A stretch of 64,000 bases of DNA from Eledone cirrhosa (Eukaryota), in assembly GCA_964016885.1 (NCBI GenBank), contig OZ024765.1, positions 9,796,001 through 9,860,000 on the forward strand. The letters run 5' to 3'. Under the pieces are notes generated by a model. The model searched no databases and had not been told where the DNA came from. It was given only the letters and a program-made list of their open reading frames with translations. Of this stretch, positions 24,287 through 38,491 are shown piece by piece. Each line of letters begins with the position of its first letter. Position 1 is the first letter of the stretch. The translations under genes were made by a program, and so were the position numbers.

Positions 24287-25031
24287 AGAACCTAACGGAA
24301 ATCGAACCCAAAATGAGGATCTCCACCGTCTCTAGTGCTTACCATTAGGCCACAGGGACGGTTACAAAAATTTTTTGAAAATTAATATTTATTTACCTAT
24401 ACTAGAAAAAACCGGAAGTGGAGAAAATTGAAAAACTTTTTCTTTTTCTTCCTCTGATTTTTGCCACGAACGATAACTCGTCTCTGACTTAAATCCAAAT
24501 TTTGGATAAAAAAAAATCAGAGGAAGAAAAAGAAGATGTTTTTCAATTTTCTCCACTTCCGGTTTTTTCTAGTAATGAAAAAGTAGGTTTATGAATATCA
24601 ATTTTCAGTAAGTTTCCGTAACCGTCCCTTTAGCCTAGTGATAAGTATAAGAGCCGGTGGAGGTCCAGGTCCGGGGTTCAATCACTGGCAGTGTGTCGTA
24701 TTATATTTTTTATAGTATGAAACAAAAATAAAAAAGTAACTTTATAAATATTAATTTTCACACTGTTTTTATATCTGTCTCCGTGGCCTAATGGTAGGTA
24801 TTAGAGACGGTGGGGAACCTGCTCTGGGTTTCGATCTCAGTCAAAATCTATAGGTGATAATTTCATTTTTTACTTTGCTAGAGAAAAATTTAAATTTAAA
24901 AATATATAGTACAGATTCGGACTGAGATTGAACACCACATCAGTGTCTACATAGTCTCTAACACCTACCATTAGGCCAACGAAACAGATACAAGAACATA
25001 AGAAAAAATTAATATTTATAAACTTACTTTC
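24287..25031. ncRNA. Four tRNA-like modules + palindrome, unit 3
   Basis: Copy of 15291-16021 with minor variants. Confidence 0.55.
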
Positions 25032-28000
25032 AATTTCCAAGCAAAATAGATGTGCTGGCGTTCATGGCTTTCTCATTCTTATTTCTACTATAATCGGGTC
25101 AATGTTTACATTTATTCTTCTGGGGCTTTCATAAAATATATTTTCACTTTTTTTGGGGTTCATTAGATCCTACAACCAGATGATCTACAGGGACCTTCTT
25201 CATGGTCATAGCTGATTATTAAATATATACGGGAGAGTGTGTGTATTAGATTAGATCTTGCCGTGATGTTCTCAGCAATAATAGTTTTCAATTCCGTCGT
25301 CCCTCCATCCTTGGTGTGTATATAAATATATATGTGAATTTAACGTACAACGGCGACAATATATAAATCTGTTTTGTTTGATAATAATTAGATAAAAATT
25401 ATTGCTAGAGATTGATCCCTAATATTTTATCTCACTCCTTAACCAGGGAGGAAAGGTCCTCAGACTCGGACAATGTTGATAAGGAGAGCAGAGTGTATCC
25501 TTATTTGTCACGTCTTTCCAGTTGTCACGGTATATAAAAGGCAGTAGTACTAGTCACTCCTGCGAAAGACGTTGTCAGTTAGCCTTCTGTAACGAGAGAA
25601 GAATGTCGTGACTTTTTCCTCCCTATCACATAATTCATACATTTGTCATCCTTTAGATATCAATATACAAGAGAAAGAAGAAAATTGAGGACTTCGGTCT
25701 TTTAAAAGTAACATTTATTACATTAGAGCAAAATCTTGCATTAACAATATTTTGTGAGACTAAACATGGAATGGACAAAGAGATTATTAGAAGAAGGGCA
25801 ATTGTCTCTATCTTAAACGTCAATACATTCTACAGAAAATCGAAATGAGAATAATTACAGAGATACTTTACAAAATGTTTCGCGATATGGTTCAAGTTAT
25901 TTTGTAGTAATATGCAGCTATATTTATACATGTCTCTTATACCCCTCCACGAGGAATTGTGAATATGTATGAATATGATTTTAAAGATGGCTAAACATGT
26001 TGAAGAAAAAAAAAGGAATTCAGATGATAGGAATAATAAAACATTCCTTTGCCGAGAGGTCTAAAATACTAGTTCAATGATATGTGTGATACGACCTAGA
26101 ATATTGTTTTGGGGCCTGGTCAGAGGACTTCAGAAAATACGGAGAAGCTATTGAAGGAATCCAGAAAAGAACAAAACAGAAAACACCAGAATTATTAAGA
26201 AATCTGTCTTCTGAAGAAAGATGTTAAACTTTAGGGATTGCAAATTTAGAGGAGATAAATCTAAGAGGGTGGGGGGGACATGATAGAAATATATATTTAA
26301 AGGACTAATATTTAAATAGTAGTACACTATTCCAATGTAAAGCCCTGAATAACTACAGCTTTCGGGGAGATATATCAAACGAGTGACATGATAGAAATAT
26401 TTAAAATAATGAAAAGAATACAATATACAGTATTGCAGAAGTAAATGTAAATATAAGAAGACATCACCATTGTACTGCAGATGAAAGTCAGTACTCTTTA
26501 CATCTATCCCAGGTATATAGAAAGCTATCCTGATGTCCACTGATCGAAATATAAAACAATAAAGAAACGCCACGATCCACTAAACGTTAGTAATAATCCA
26601 ATTTCCTCTCAGCCGCCATTTACAGTAGAAAATAGTAAGAAAAACAGTCACACTCAGAAGTTAATGCAGTGAAAACAATAAAAATATTATTAATAAATAA
26701 TAATAATTTCATTTCATATTATCATTAAATTGTTTGTCTATTTTTATTGTAAACATAAAATATATACATAAATATATATACGTGATATATATATTATTAT
26801 TATTATTATATATATAGATTCATACATATACATCGATACATTCTGTGAGTATGTCTTACTTAGGCAAAAGTCAAGTAATTTGCGGGGAGGAACCAATCCG
26901 TTAAATTGATCCCAGTACATGACTGGTACTATAAGTTATCTGCTCCAAAATCATAAAATTATGGATTGATCTAAACACTGAGAACACAAAGGTGGGGTAA
27001 AATTATTTAAAAATTGAGGTTTTAATATTTTATCTTTTATTTACAAATTATATATTTTGGTGTCATATTTAAGGATATAATGTAGTTATTGGTGGAAATA
27101 ATATAATATGTGATGAAGAGGTGTATATAACTGTGGATATAGAATTGTTTTAATCATTATTTTTAACGGACGAAAAAACTACATAATGACTTCTAGTCGG
27201 GGTTACGTGAAATTACGGCAAAGACCCTCAAATATAGGAATCGGGCTAAACAATTTACGGGCACGTCGCTCTAAGTTGGAATATTTTTCACACACATAGA
27301 CACGGGAGTTAGGTATGACATACTTCAAATAAGAGAACATTATTACAGACGGAGTCATTGTAGGTTGAAATCATTGTTAGACAGATCAGAAAGAAAATGG
27401 ATATTTAATTCATGAAAAAACCTGAAGTGTGAAAGACAGAGTCGATCCTTTCTAGTAACAACACTAAGAAACCCATGAACGCCACCACGTCCTAAATCTA
27501 ACTCTGCGATCGTCATATCAAATCGAAATACTTCACCAACTGTGGAAGATGAAGGATTGAAGAACTATGATATATAGCTAAGAGGCTTGTCTCCAGAACA
27601 TTTAGTAGGGTGTAAGCCAAGTGTTGCCAAATATTTTGTCGTCATTACCCACATTCACATGAAAAAATGTTCCACCAGCCACCTGTATAGTAAATATTCC
27701 AAAGTATACCAAATATGTTTCGTAAATGTTTGTTCCTGGTTTAATTTTCCCAATTAGCTTCCTGATTTTTATTCAGGTTCTTTGCATATATTCCTTGAAT
27801 AGGTTTTCGGCTAGCATACCTTCTTAAATCTCAAAATTCTATATCGGCCACCAAAGTTTCCAATGGCCCTCAATTTTCTGTTCAGCTGCTCATCGCCCAC
27901 CCAACAACAGTTGAAACCGCCCAGTTGAGGAACCCCTGTGGGTAAGCTACATATTAATCGAGAGGAGGAGGTGACTATTATAATTTTTATAAGTAATAAT

Positions 28001-28765
28001 CTTTTAAAGACAAGAGGAAATTTCATCATTAAAATCATAAATATATGTCTACAGAATACAGATTATCAAAATGAAATTAAAAGCAAGTAAATCAGGGGCC
28101 ACTAAACTTTACATATTTAGTTTTATTTCTATCGTGAAAAATGTTGATCTTCAGATATTAGATTATGGCTGTAATTGTCTTTGTGTTTACGTGTTTGTTT
28201 GAAATCCTTTTTTAATGTTTGTCTCTCTTTAAACATCGTTTATAGTTTGTTAAAATTAATTTTAGATTATTCGTACCTCGTCTGTGTGGTTTATTTTGAT
28301 GTAGCCTCCCTGTCTTGTTTATTGGTTACATTTTAAATGTGATATACAGGAACATCAGACATTAAAATGAAATGTTACGTAAAACACACACCTTGTGTTT
28401 ATTCCAGGTATTTAGATAGATGTCCAGATGTCCACTGACAACAAAATAATACAATCATCCAGTGAAACTTGGTAATAATCCAGGTTCGTTGCAGCCACCA
28501 TTTACAGTAAACAATGGTTAGAAAGAATCAAAAACAAAAACAAAAGACATATTCAGCAGTTAATGAAGTGAAAACAAAATCAAAACAACTTTACTAAATA
28601 AAATTCATTTCTTAATTTCAATAAGGTTTTTTGTTCTTTCTTTTATAAAAAAAAACAAATTTTAATTAAAATATGTTGAATATAATATGGGACATTACTA
28701 CAAAGTACAGCATTATTAGTTCAAATCTTACTTAATAAAAGCAATAAATACGAAGTTATTAGTAT

Positions 28766-29509
28766 AGAACCTAACGGAAATCGAACCCAAAATGAGGATC
28801 TCCACCGTCTCTAGTACTTACCATTAGGCCACAGGGACGGTTACAAAAATTTTTTGAAAATTAATATTTACTTACCTATACTAGAAAAAACCGGAAGTGG
28901 AGAAAATTGAAAAACTTTTTCTTTTTCTTCCTCTGATTTTTGCCACGAACGATAACTCGTCTCTGACTTAAATCCAAATTTTGGATTAAAAAAAATCAGA
29001 GGAAGAAAAAGAAGATGTTTTTCAATTTTCTCCACTTCCGGTTTTTTCTAGTAATGAAAAAGTAGGTTTATAAATATCAATTTTCAGTAAGTTTCCGTAA
29101 CCGTCCCTTTAGCCTAGTGGTAAGTATAAGAGCCGGTGAGGTCCAGGTCCGGGGTTCAATCACTGGCAGTGTGTCGTATTATATTTTTTATAGTATAAAA
29201 CAAAAATAAAAAAGTAACTTTATAAATATTAATTTTCACACTGTTTTTATATCTGTCTCCGTGGCCTAATGGTAGGTATTAGAGACGGTGGAGAACCTGC
29301 TCTGGGTTTTGATCTCAGTCAAAGTCTATAGGTAATAATTTCATTTTTTACTTTGCTAGAGAAAAATTTAAATTTAAAAATATATAGTACAGATTCGGAC
29401 TGAGATTGAACACCACATCAGTGTCTATATAGTCTCTAACACCTACCATTAGGCCAACGAAACAGAAACAAGAACATAAGAAAAAATTAATATTTATAAA
29501 CCTACTTTC
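28766..29509. ncRNA. Four tRNA-like modules + palindrome, unit 4
   Basis: Copy of 15291-16021 with minor variants. Confidence 0.55.
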
Positions 29510-32500
29510 AATTTCCAAGCAAAATAGATGTGCTGGCGTTCATGGCTTTCTCATTGTTATTTCTACTATAATCGGGTCAATGTTTACATTTATTCTTCTG
29601 GGGCTTTCATAAAATATATTTTCACTTTTTTTCGGGTTCATTAGATCCTACAACCAGATGATCTACAGGGACCTTCTTCATGGTCATAGCTGATTATTAA
29701 ATATATACGGGAGAGTGTGTGTGTGTGTGTGTATTAGATTAGATCTTGCCGTGATGTACTCAGCAATAATAGTTTTCAATTCCGTCGTTCCTCCATCCTT
29801 GGTGTGTATATAAATATATATGTGATTTTAACGTACAACGGCGACAATATATAAATCTGTTTTGTTTGATAATAATTAGATAAAAATTATTGCTAGAGAT
29901 TGATCCCTAATATTTTATCTCACTCCTTAACCAGGGAGGAAAGGTCCTCAGACTCGGACAATGTTGATAAGGAGAGCAGAGTGTATCCTTATTTGTCACG
30001 TCTTTCCAGTTGTCACGGTATATAAAAGGCAGTAGTACTAGTCACTCCTGCGAAAGACGTTGTCAGTTAGCCTTCTGTAACGAGAGAAGAATGTCGTGAC
30101 TTTTTCCTCCCTATCACATAATTCATACATTTGTCATCCTTTAGATATCAATATACAAGAGAAAGAAGAAAATTGAGGACTTCGGTCTTTTAAAAGTAAC
30201 ATTTATTACATTAGAGCAAAATCTTGCATTAACAATATTTTGTGAGACTAAACATGGAATGGACAAAGAGATTATTAGAAGAAGGGCAATTGTCTCTATC
30301 TTAAACGTCAATACATTCTACAGAAAATCGAAATGAGAATAATTACAGAGATACTTTACAAAATGTTTCGCGATATGGTTCAAGTTATTTTGTAGTAATA
30401 TGCAGCTATATTTATACATGTCTCTTATACCCCTCCACGAGGAATTGTGAATATGTATGAATATGATTTTAAAGATGGCTAAACATGTTGAAGAAAAAAA
30501 AAGGAATTCAGATGATAGGAATAATAAAACATTCCTTTGCCGAGAGGTCTAAAATACTAGTTCAATGATATGTGTGATACAACCTAGAATATTGTTTTGG
30601 GGCCTGGTCAGAGGACTTCAGAAAATACGGAGAAGCTATTGAAGGAATCCAGAAAAGAACAAAACAGAAAACACCAGAATTATTAAGAAATCTGTCTTCT
30701 GAAGAAAGATGTTAAACTTTAGGGATTGCAAATTTAGAGGAGATAAATCTAAGAGGGTGGGGGGACATGATAGAAATATATATTTAAAGGACTAATATTT
30801 AAATAGTAGTACACTATTCCAATGTAAAGCCCTGAATAACTACAGCTTTCGGGGAGATATATCAAACGAGTGACATGATAGAAATATTTAAAATAATGAA
30901 AAGAATACAATATACAGTATTGCAGAAGTAAATGTAAATATAAGAAGACATCACCATTGTACTGCAGATGAAAGTCAGTACTCTTTACATTTATCCCAGG
31001 TATATAGAAAGCTATCCTGATGTCCACTGATTGAAATATAAAACAATAAAGAAACGCCACAATCCACTAAACGTTAGTAATAATCCAATTTCCTCTCAGC
31101 CGCCATTTACAGTAGAAAATAGTAAGAAAAACAGTCACACTCAGAAGTTAATGCAGTGAAAACAATAAAAATATTATTAATAAATAATAATAATTTCATT
31201 TCATATTATCATTAAATTGTTTGTCTATTTTTATTGTAAACATAAAATATATACATAAATATATATACGTGATATATATATTATTATTATTATTATTATC
31301 TATATAGATTCATACATATACATCGATACATTCTGTGAGTATGTCTTACTTAGGCAAAAGTCAAGTAATTTGCGGGGAGGAACCAATCCGTTAAATTGAT
31401 CCCAGTACATGACTGGTACTATAAGTTATCTGCTCCAAAATCATAAAATTATGGATTGATCTAAACACTGAGAACACAAAGGTGGGGTAAAATTATTTAA
31501 AAATTGAGGTTTTAATATTTTATCTTTTATTTACAAATTATATATCTTGGTGTAATATTTAAGGATATAATGTAGTTATTGGTGGAAATAATATAATATG
31601 TGATGAAGAGGTGTATATAACTGTGGATATAGAATTGTTTTAATCATTATTTTTAACGGACGAAAAAACTACATAATGACTTCTAGTCGGGGTTACGGGA
31701 AATTACGGCAAAGACCCTCATATATAGGAATCGGGCTAAACAATTTACGGGCACGTCGCTCTAAGTTGGAATATTTTTCACACACATAGACACGGGAGTT
31801 AGGTATGACATACTTCAAATAAGAGAACATTATTACAGACGGAGTCATTGTAGGTTGAAATCATTGTTAGACAGATCAGAAAGAAAATGGATATTTAATT
31901 CATGAAAAAACCTGAAGTGTGAAAGACAGAGTCGATCCTTTCTAGTAACAACACTAAGAAACCCATGAACGCCACCACGTCCTAAATCTAACTCTGCGAT
32001 CGTCATATCAAATCGAAATACTTCACCAACTGTGGAAGATGAAGGATTGAAGAACTATGATATATAGCTAAGAGGCTTGTCTCCAGAACATTTAGTAGGG
32101 TGTAAGCCAAGTGTTGCCAAATATTTTGTCGTCATTACCCACATTCACATGAAAAAATGTTCCACCAGCCACCTGTATAGTAAATATTCCAAAGTATACC
32201 AAATATGTTTCGTAAATGTTTGTTCCTGGTTTAATTTTCCCAATTAGCTTCCTGATTTTTATTCAGGTTCTTTGCATATATTCCTTGAATAGGTTTTCGG
32301 CTAGCATACCTTCTTAAATCTCAAAATTCTATATCGGCCACCAAAGTTTCCAATGGCCCTCAATTTTCTGTTCAGCTGCTCATCGTCCACCCAACAGTTG
32401 AAATCGCCCAGTTGAGGAACCCCTGTGGGTAAGCTACCTCGAATGATGCTATATATTAATCGAGAGAAGGAGGTGACTATTATAATTTTTATAAGTAATA

Positions 32501-33268
32501 ATCTTTTAAAGACAAGAGGAAATTTCATCATTAAAATCATAAATATATGTCTACAGAATACAGATTATCAAAATGAAATTAAAAGCAAGTAAATCAGGGG
32601 CCACTAAACTTTACATATTTAGTTTTATTTCTATCGTGAAAAATGTTGATCTTCAGATATTAGATTATGGCTGTAATTGTCTTTGTGTTTACGTGTTTGT
32701 TTGAAATCCTTTTTTAATGTTTGTCTCTCTTTAAACATCGTTTATAGTTTGTTAAAATTAATTTTAGATTATTCGTACCTCGTCTGTGTGGTTTATTTTG
32801 ATGTAGCCTCCCTGTCTTGTTTATTGGTTACATTTTAAATGTGATATACAGGAACATCAGACATTAAAATGAAATGTTACGTAAAACACACACCTTGTGT
32901 TTATTCCAGGTATTTAGATAGATGTCCAGATGTCCACTGACAACAAAATAATACAATCATCCAGTGAAACTTGGTAATAATCCAGGTTCGTTGCAGCCAC
33001 CATTTACAGTAAACAATGGTTAGAAAGAATCAAAAACAAAAACAAAAGACATATTCAGCAGTTAATGAAGTGAAAACAAAATCAAAACAACTTTACTAAA
33101 TAAAATTCATTTCTTAATTTCAATAAGGTTTTTTGTTCTTTCTTTTATAAAAAAAAAACAAATTTTAATTAAAATATGTTGAATATAATATGGGACATTA
33201 CTACAAAGTACAGCATTATTAGTTCAAATCTTACTTAATAAAAGCAATAAATACGAAGTTATTAGTAT

Positions 33269-34012
33269 AGAACCTAACGGAAATCGAACCCAAAATGAGG
33301 ATCTCCACCGTCTCTAGTGCTTACCATTAGGCCACAGAGACGGTTACAAAAATTTTTTGAAAATTAATATTTATTTACCTATACTAGAAAAAACCGGAAG
33401 TGGAGAAAATTGAAAAACTTTTTCTTTTTCTTCCTCTGATTTTTGCCACGAACGATAACTCGTCTCTGACTTAAATCCAAATTTTGGATAAAAAAAAATC
33501 AGAGGAAGAAAAAGAAGATGTTTTTCAATTTTCTCCACTTCCGGTTTTTTCTAGTAATGAAAAAGTAGGTTTATGAATATCAATTTTCAGTAAGTTTCCG
33601 TAACCGTCCCTTTAGCCTAGTGGTAAGTATAAGAGCCGGTGGAGGTCCAGGTCCGGGGTTCAATCACTGGCAGTGTGTCGTATTATATTTTTTATAGTAT
33701 GAAACAAAAATAAAAAAGTAACTTTATAAATATTAATTTTCACACTGTTTTTATATCTGTCTCCGTGGCCTAATGGTAGGTATTAGAGACGGTGGGGAAC
33801 CTGCTCTGGGTTTCGATCTCAGTCAAAATCTATAGGTAATAATTTCATTTTTTACTTTGCTAGAGAAAAATTTAAATTTAAAAATATATAGTACAGATTC
33901 GGACTGAGATTGAACACCACATCAGTGTCTACATAGTCTCTAACACCTACCATTAGGCCAACGAAACAGATACAAGAACATAAGAAAAAATTAATATTTA
34001 TAAACTTACTTT
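33269..34012. ncRNA. Four tRNA-like modules + palindrome, unit 5
   Basis: Copy of 15291-16021 with minor variants. Confidence 0.55.
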
Positions 34013-37000
34013 CAATTTCCAAGCAAAATAGATGTGCTGGCGTTCATGGCTTTCTCATTCTTATTTCTACTATAATCGGGTCAATGTTTACATTTATTCT
34101 TCTGGGGCTTTCATAAAATATATTTTCACTTTTTTTTGGGTTCATTAGATCCTACAACCAGATGATCTACAGGGACCTTCTTCATGGTCATAGCTGATTA
34201 TTAAATATATACGGGAGAGTGTGTGTATTAGATTAGATCTTGCCGTGATGTTCTCAGCAATAATAGTTTTCAATTCCGTCGTCCCTCCATCCTTGGTGTG
34301 TATATAAATATATATGTGAATTTAACGTACAACGGCGACAATATATAAATCTGTTTTGTTTGATAATAATTAGATAAAAATTATTGCTAGAGATTGATCC
34401 CTAATATTTTATCTCACTCCTTAACCAGGGAGGAAAGGTCCTCAGACTCGGACAATGTTGATAAGGAGAGCAGAGTGTATCCTTATTTGTCACGTCTTTC
34501 CAGTTGTCACGGTATATAAAAGGCAGTAGTACTAGTCAATCCTGCGAAAGACGTTGTCAGTTAGCCTTCTGTAACGAGAGAAGAATGTCGTGACTTTTTC
34601 CTCCCTATCACATAATTCATACATTTGTCATCCTTTAGATATCAATATACAAGAGAAAGAAGAAAATTGAGGACTTCGGTCTTTTAAAAGTAACATTTAT
34701 TACATTAGAGCAAAATCTTGCATTAACAATATTTTGTGAGACTAAACATGGAATGGACAAAGAGATTATTAGAAGAAGGGCAATTGTCTCTATCTTAAAC
34801 GTCAATACATTCTACAGAAAATCGAAATGAGAATAATTACAGAGATACTTTACAAAATGTTTCGCGATATGGTTCAAGTTATTTTGTAGTAATATGCAGC
34901 TATATTTATACATGTCTCTTATACCCCTCCACGAGGAATTGTGAATATGTATGAATATGATTTTAAAGATGGCTAAACATGTTGAAGAAAAAAAAAGGAA
35001 TTCAGATGATAGGAATAATAAAACATTCCTTTGCCGAGAGGTCTAAAATACTAGTTCAATGATATGTGTGATACGACCTAGAATATTGTTTTGGGGCCTG
35101 GTCAGAGGACTTCAGAAAATACGGAGAAGCTATTGAAGGAATCCAGAAAAGAACAAAACAGAAAACACCAGAATTATTAAGAAATCTGTCTTCTGAAGAA
35201 AGATGTTAAACTTTAGGGATTGCAAATTTAGAGGAGATAAATCTAAGAGGGTGGGGGGGACATGATAGAAATATATATTTAAAGGACTAATATTTAAATA
35301 GTAGTACACTATTCCAATGTAAAGCCCTGAATAACTACAGCTTTCGGGGAGATATATCAAACGAGTGACATGATAGAAATATTTAAAATAATGAAAAGAA
35401 TACAATATACAGTATTGCAGAAGTAAATGTAAATATAAGAAGACATCACCATTGTACTGCAGATGAAAGTCAGTACTCTTTACATCTATCCCAGGTATAT
35501 AGAAAGCTATCCTGATGTCCACTGATCGAAATATAAAACAATAAAGAAACGCCACGATCCACTAAACGTTAGTAATAATCCAATTTCCTCTCAGCCGCCA
35601 TTTACAGTAGAAAATAGTAAGAAAAACAGTCACACTCAGAAGTTAATGCAGTGAAAACAATAAAAATATTATTAATAAATAATAATAATTTCATTTCATA
35701 TTATCATTAAATTGTTTGTCTATTTTTATTGTAAACATAAAATATATACATAAATATATATACGTGATATATATATTATTATTATTATTATATATATAGA
35801 TTCATACATATACATCGATACATTCTGTGAGTATGTCTTACTTAGGCAAAAGTCAAGTAATTTGCGGGGAGGAACCAATCCGTTAAATTGATCCCAGTAC
35901 ATGACTGGTACTATAAGTTATCTGCTCCAAAATCATAAAATTATGGATTGATCTAAACACTGAGAACACAAAGGTGGGGTAAAATTATTTAAAAATTGAG
36001 GTTTTAATATTTTATCTTTTATTTACAAATTATATATCTTGGTGTAATATTTAAGGATATAATGTAGTTATTGGTGGAAATAATATAATATGTGATGAAG
36101 AGGTGTATATAACTGTGGATATAGAATTGTTTTAATCATTATTTTTAACGGACGAAAAAACTACATAATGACTTCTAGTCGGGGTTACGTGAAATTACGG
36201 CAAAGACCCTCAAATATAGGAATCGGGCTAAACAATTTACGGGCACGTCGCTCTAAGTTGGAATATTTTTCACACACATAGACACGGGAGTTAGGTATGA
36301 CATACTTCAAATAAGAGAACATTATTACAGACGGAGTCATTGTAGGTTGAAATCATTGTTAGACAGATCAGAAAGAAAATGGATATTTAATTCATGAAAA
36401 AACCTGAAGTGTGAAAGACAGAGTCGATCCTTTCTAGTAACAACACTAAGAAACCCATGAACGCCACCACGTCCTAAATCTAACTCTGCGATCGTCATAT
36501 CAAATCGAAATACTTCACCAACTGTGGAAGATGAAGGATTGAAGAACTATGATATATAGCTAAGAGGCTTGTCTCCAGAACATTTAGTAGGGTGTAAGCC
36601 AAGTGTTGCCAAATATTTTGTCGTCATTACCCACATTCACATGAAAAAATGTTCCACCAGCCACCTGTATAGTAAATATTCCAAAGTATACCAAATATGT
36701 TTCGTAAATGTTTGTTCCTGGTTTAATTTTCCCAATTAGCTTCCTGATTTTTATTCAGGTTCTTTGCATATATTCCTTGAATAGGTTTTCGGCTAGCATA
36801 CCTTCTTAAATCTCAAAATTCTATATCGGCCACCAAAGTTTCCAATGGCCCTCAATTTTCTGTTCAGCTGCTCATCGCCCACCCAACAACAGTTGAAACC
36901 GCCCAGTTGAGGAACCCCTGTGGGTAAGCTACATATTAATCGAGAGGAGGAGGTGACTATTATAATTTTTATAAGTAATAATCTTTTAAAGACAAGAGGA

Positions 37001-37746
37001 AATTTCATCATTAAAATCATAAATATATGTCTACAGAATACAGATTATCAAAATGAAATTAAAAGCAAGTAAATCAGGGGCCACTAAACTTTACATATTT
37101 AGTTTTATTTCTATCGTGAAAAATGTTGATCTTCAGATATTAGATTATGGCTGTAATTGTCTTTGTGTTTACGTGTTTGTTTGAAATCCTTTTTTAATGT
37201 TTGTCTCTCTTTAAACATCGTTTATAGTTTGTTAAAATTAATTTTAGATTATTCGTACCTCGTCTGTGTGGTTTATTTTGATGTAGCCTCCCTGTCTTGT
37301 TTATTGGTTACATTTTAAATGTGATATACAGGAACATCAGACATTAAAATGAACTGTTACGTAAAACACACACCTTGTGTTTATTCCAGGTATTTAGATA
37401 GATGTCCAGATGTCCACTGACAACAAAATAATACAATCATCCAGTGAAACTTGGTAATAATCCAGGTTCGTTGCAGCCACCATTTACAGTAAACGATGGT
37501 TAGAAAGAATCAAAAACAAAAACAAAAGACATATTCAGCAGTTAATGAAGTGAAAACAAAATCAAAACAACTTTACTAAATAAAATTCATTTCTTAATTT
37601 CAATAAGGTTTTTTCTTCTTTCTTTTATAAAAAAAACAAATTTTAATTAAAATATGTTGAATATAATATGGGACATTACTACAAAGTACAGCATTATTAG
37701 TTCAAATCTTACTTAATAAAAGCAATAAATACGCAGTTATTAGTAT

Positions 37747-38491
37747 AGAACCTAACGGAAATCGAACCCAAAATGAGGATCTCCACCGTCTCTAGTACTT
37801 ACCATTAGGCCACAGGGACGGTTACAAAAATTTTTTGAAAATTAATATTTACTTACCTATACTAGAAAAAACCGGAAGTGGAGAAAATTGAAAAACTTTT
37901 TCTTTTTCTTCTTCTGATTTTTGCCACGAACGATAACTCGTCTCTGACTTAAATCCAAATTTTGGATAAAAAAAAATCAGAGGAAGAAAAAGAAGATGTT
38001 TTTCAATTTTCTCCACTTCCGGTTTTTTCTAGTAATGAAAAAGTAGGTTTATAAATATCAATTTTCAGTAAGTTTCCGTAACCGTCCCTTTAGCCTAGTG
38101 GTAAGTATAAGAGCCGGTGGAGGTCCAGGTCCGGGGTTCAATCACTGGCAGTGTGTCGTATTATATTTTTTATAGTATAAAACAAAAATAAAAAAGTAAC
38201 TTTATAAATATTAATTTTCACACTGTTTTTATATCTGTCTCCGTGGCCTAATGGTAGGTATTAGAGACGGTGGAGAACCTGCTCTGGGTTTCGATCTCAG
38301 TCAAAGTCTATAGGTAATAATTTCATTTTTTACTTTGCTAGAGAAAAATTTAAATTTAAAAATATATAGTACAGATTCGGACTGAGATTGAACACCACAT
38401 CAGTGTCTACATAGTCTCTAACACCTACCATTAGGCCAACGAAACAGATACAAGAACATAAGAAAAAATTTATATTTATAAACCTACTTTC
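37747..38491. ncRNA. Four tRNA-like modules + palindrome, unit 6
   Basis: Copy of 15291-16021 with minor variants. Confidence 0.55.
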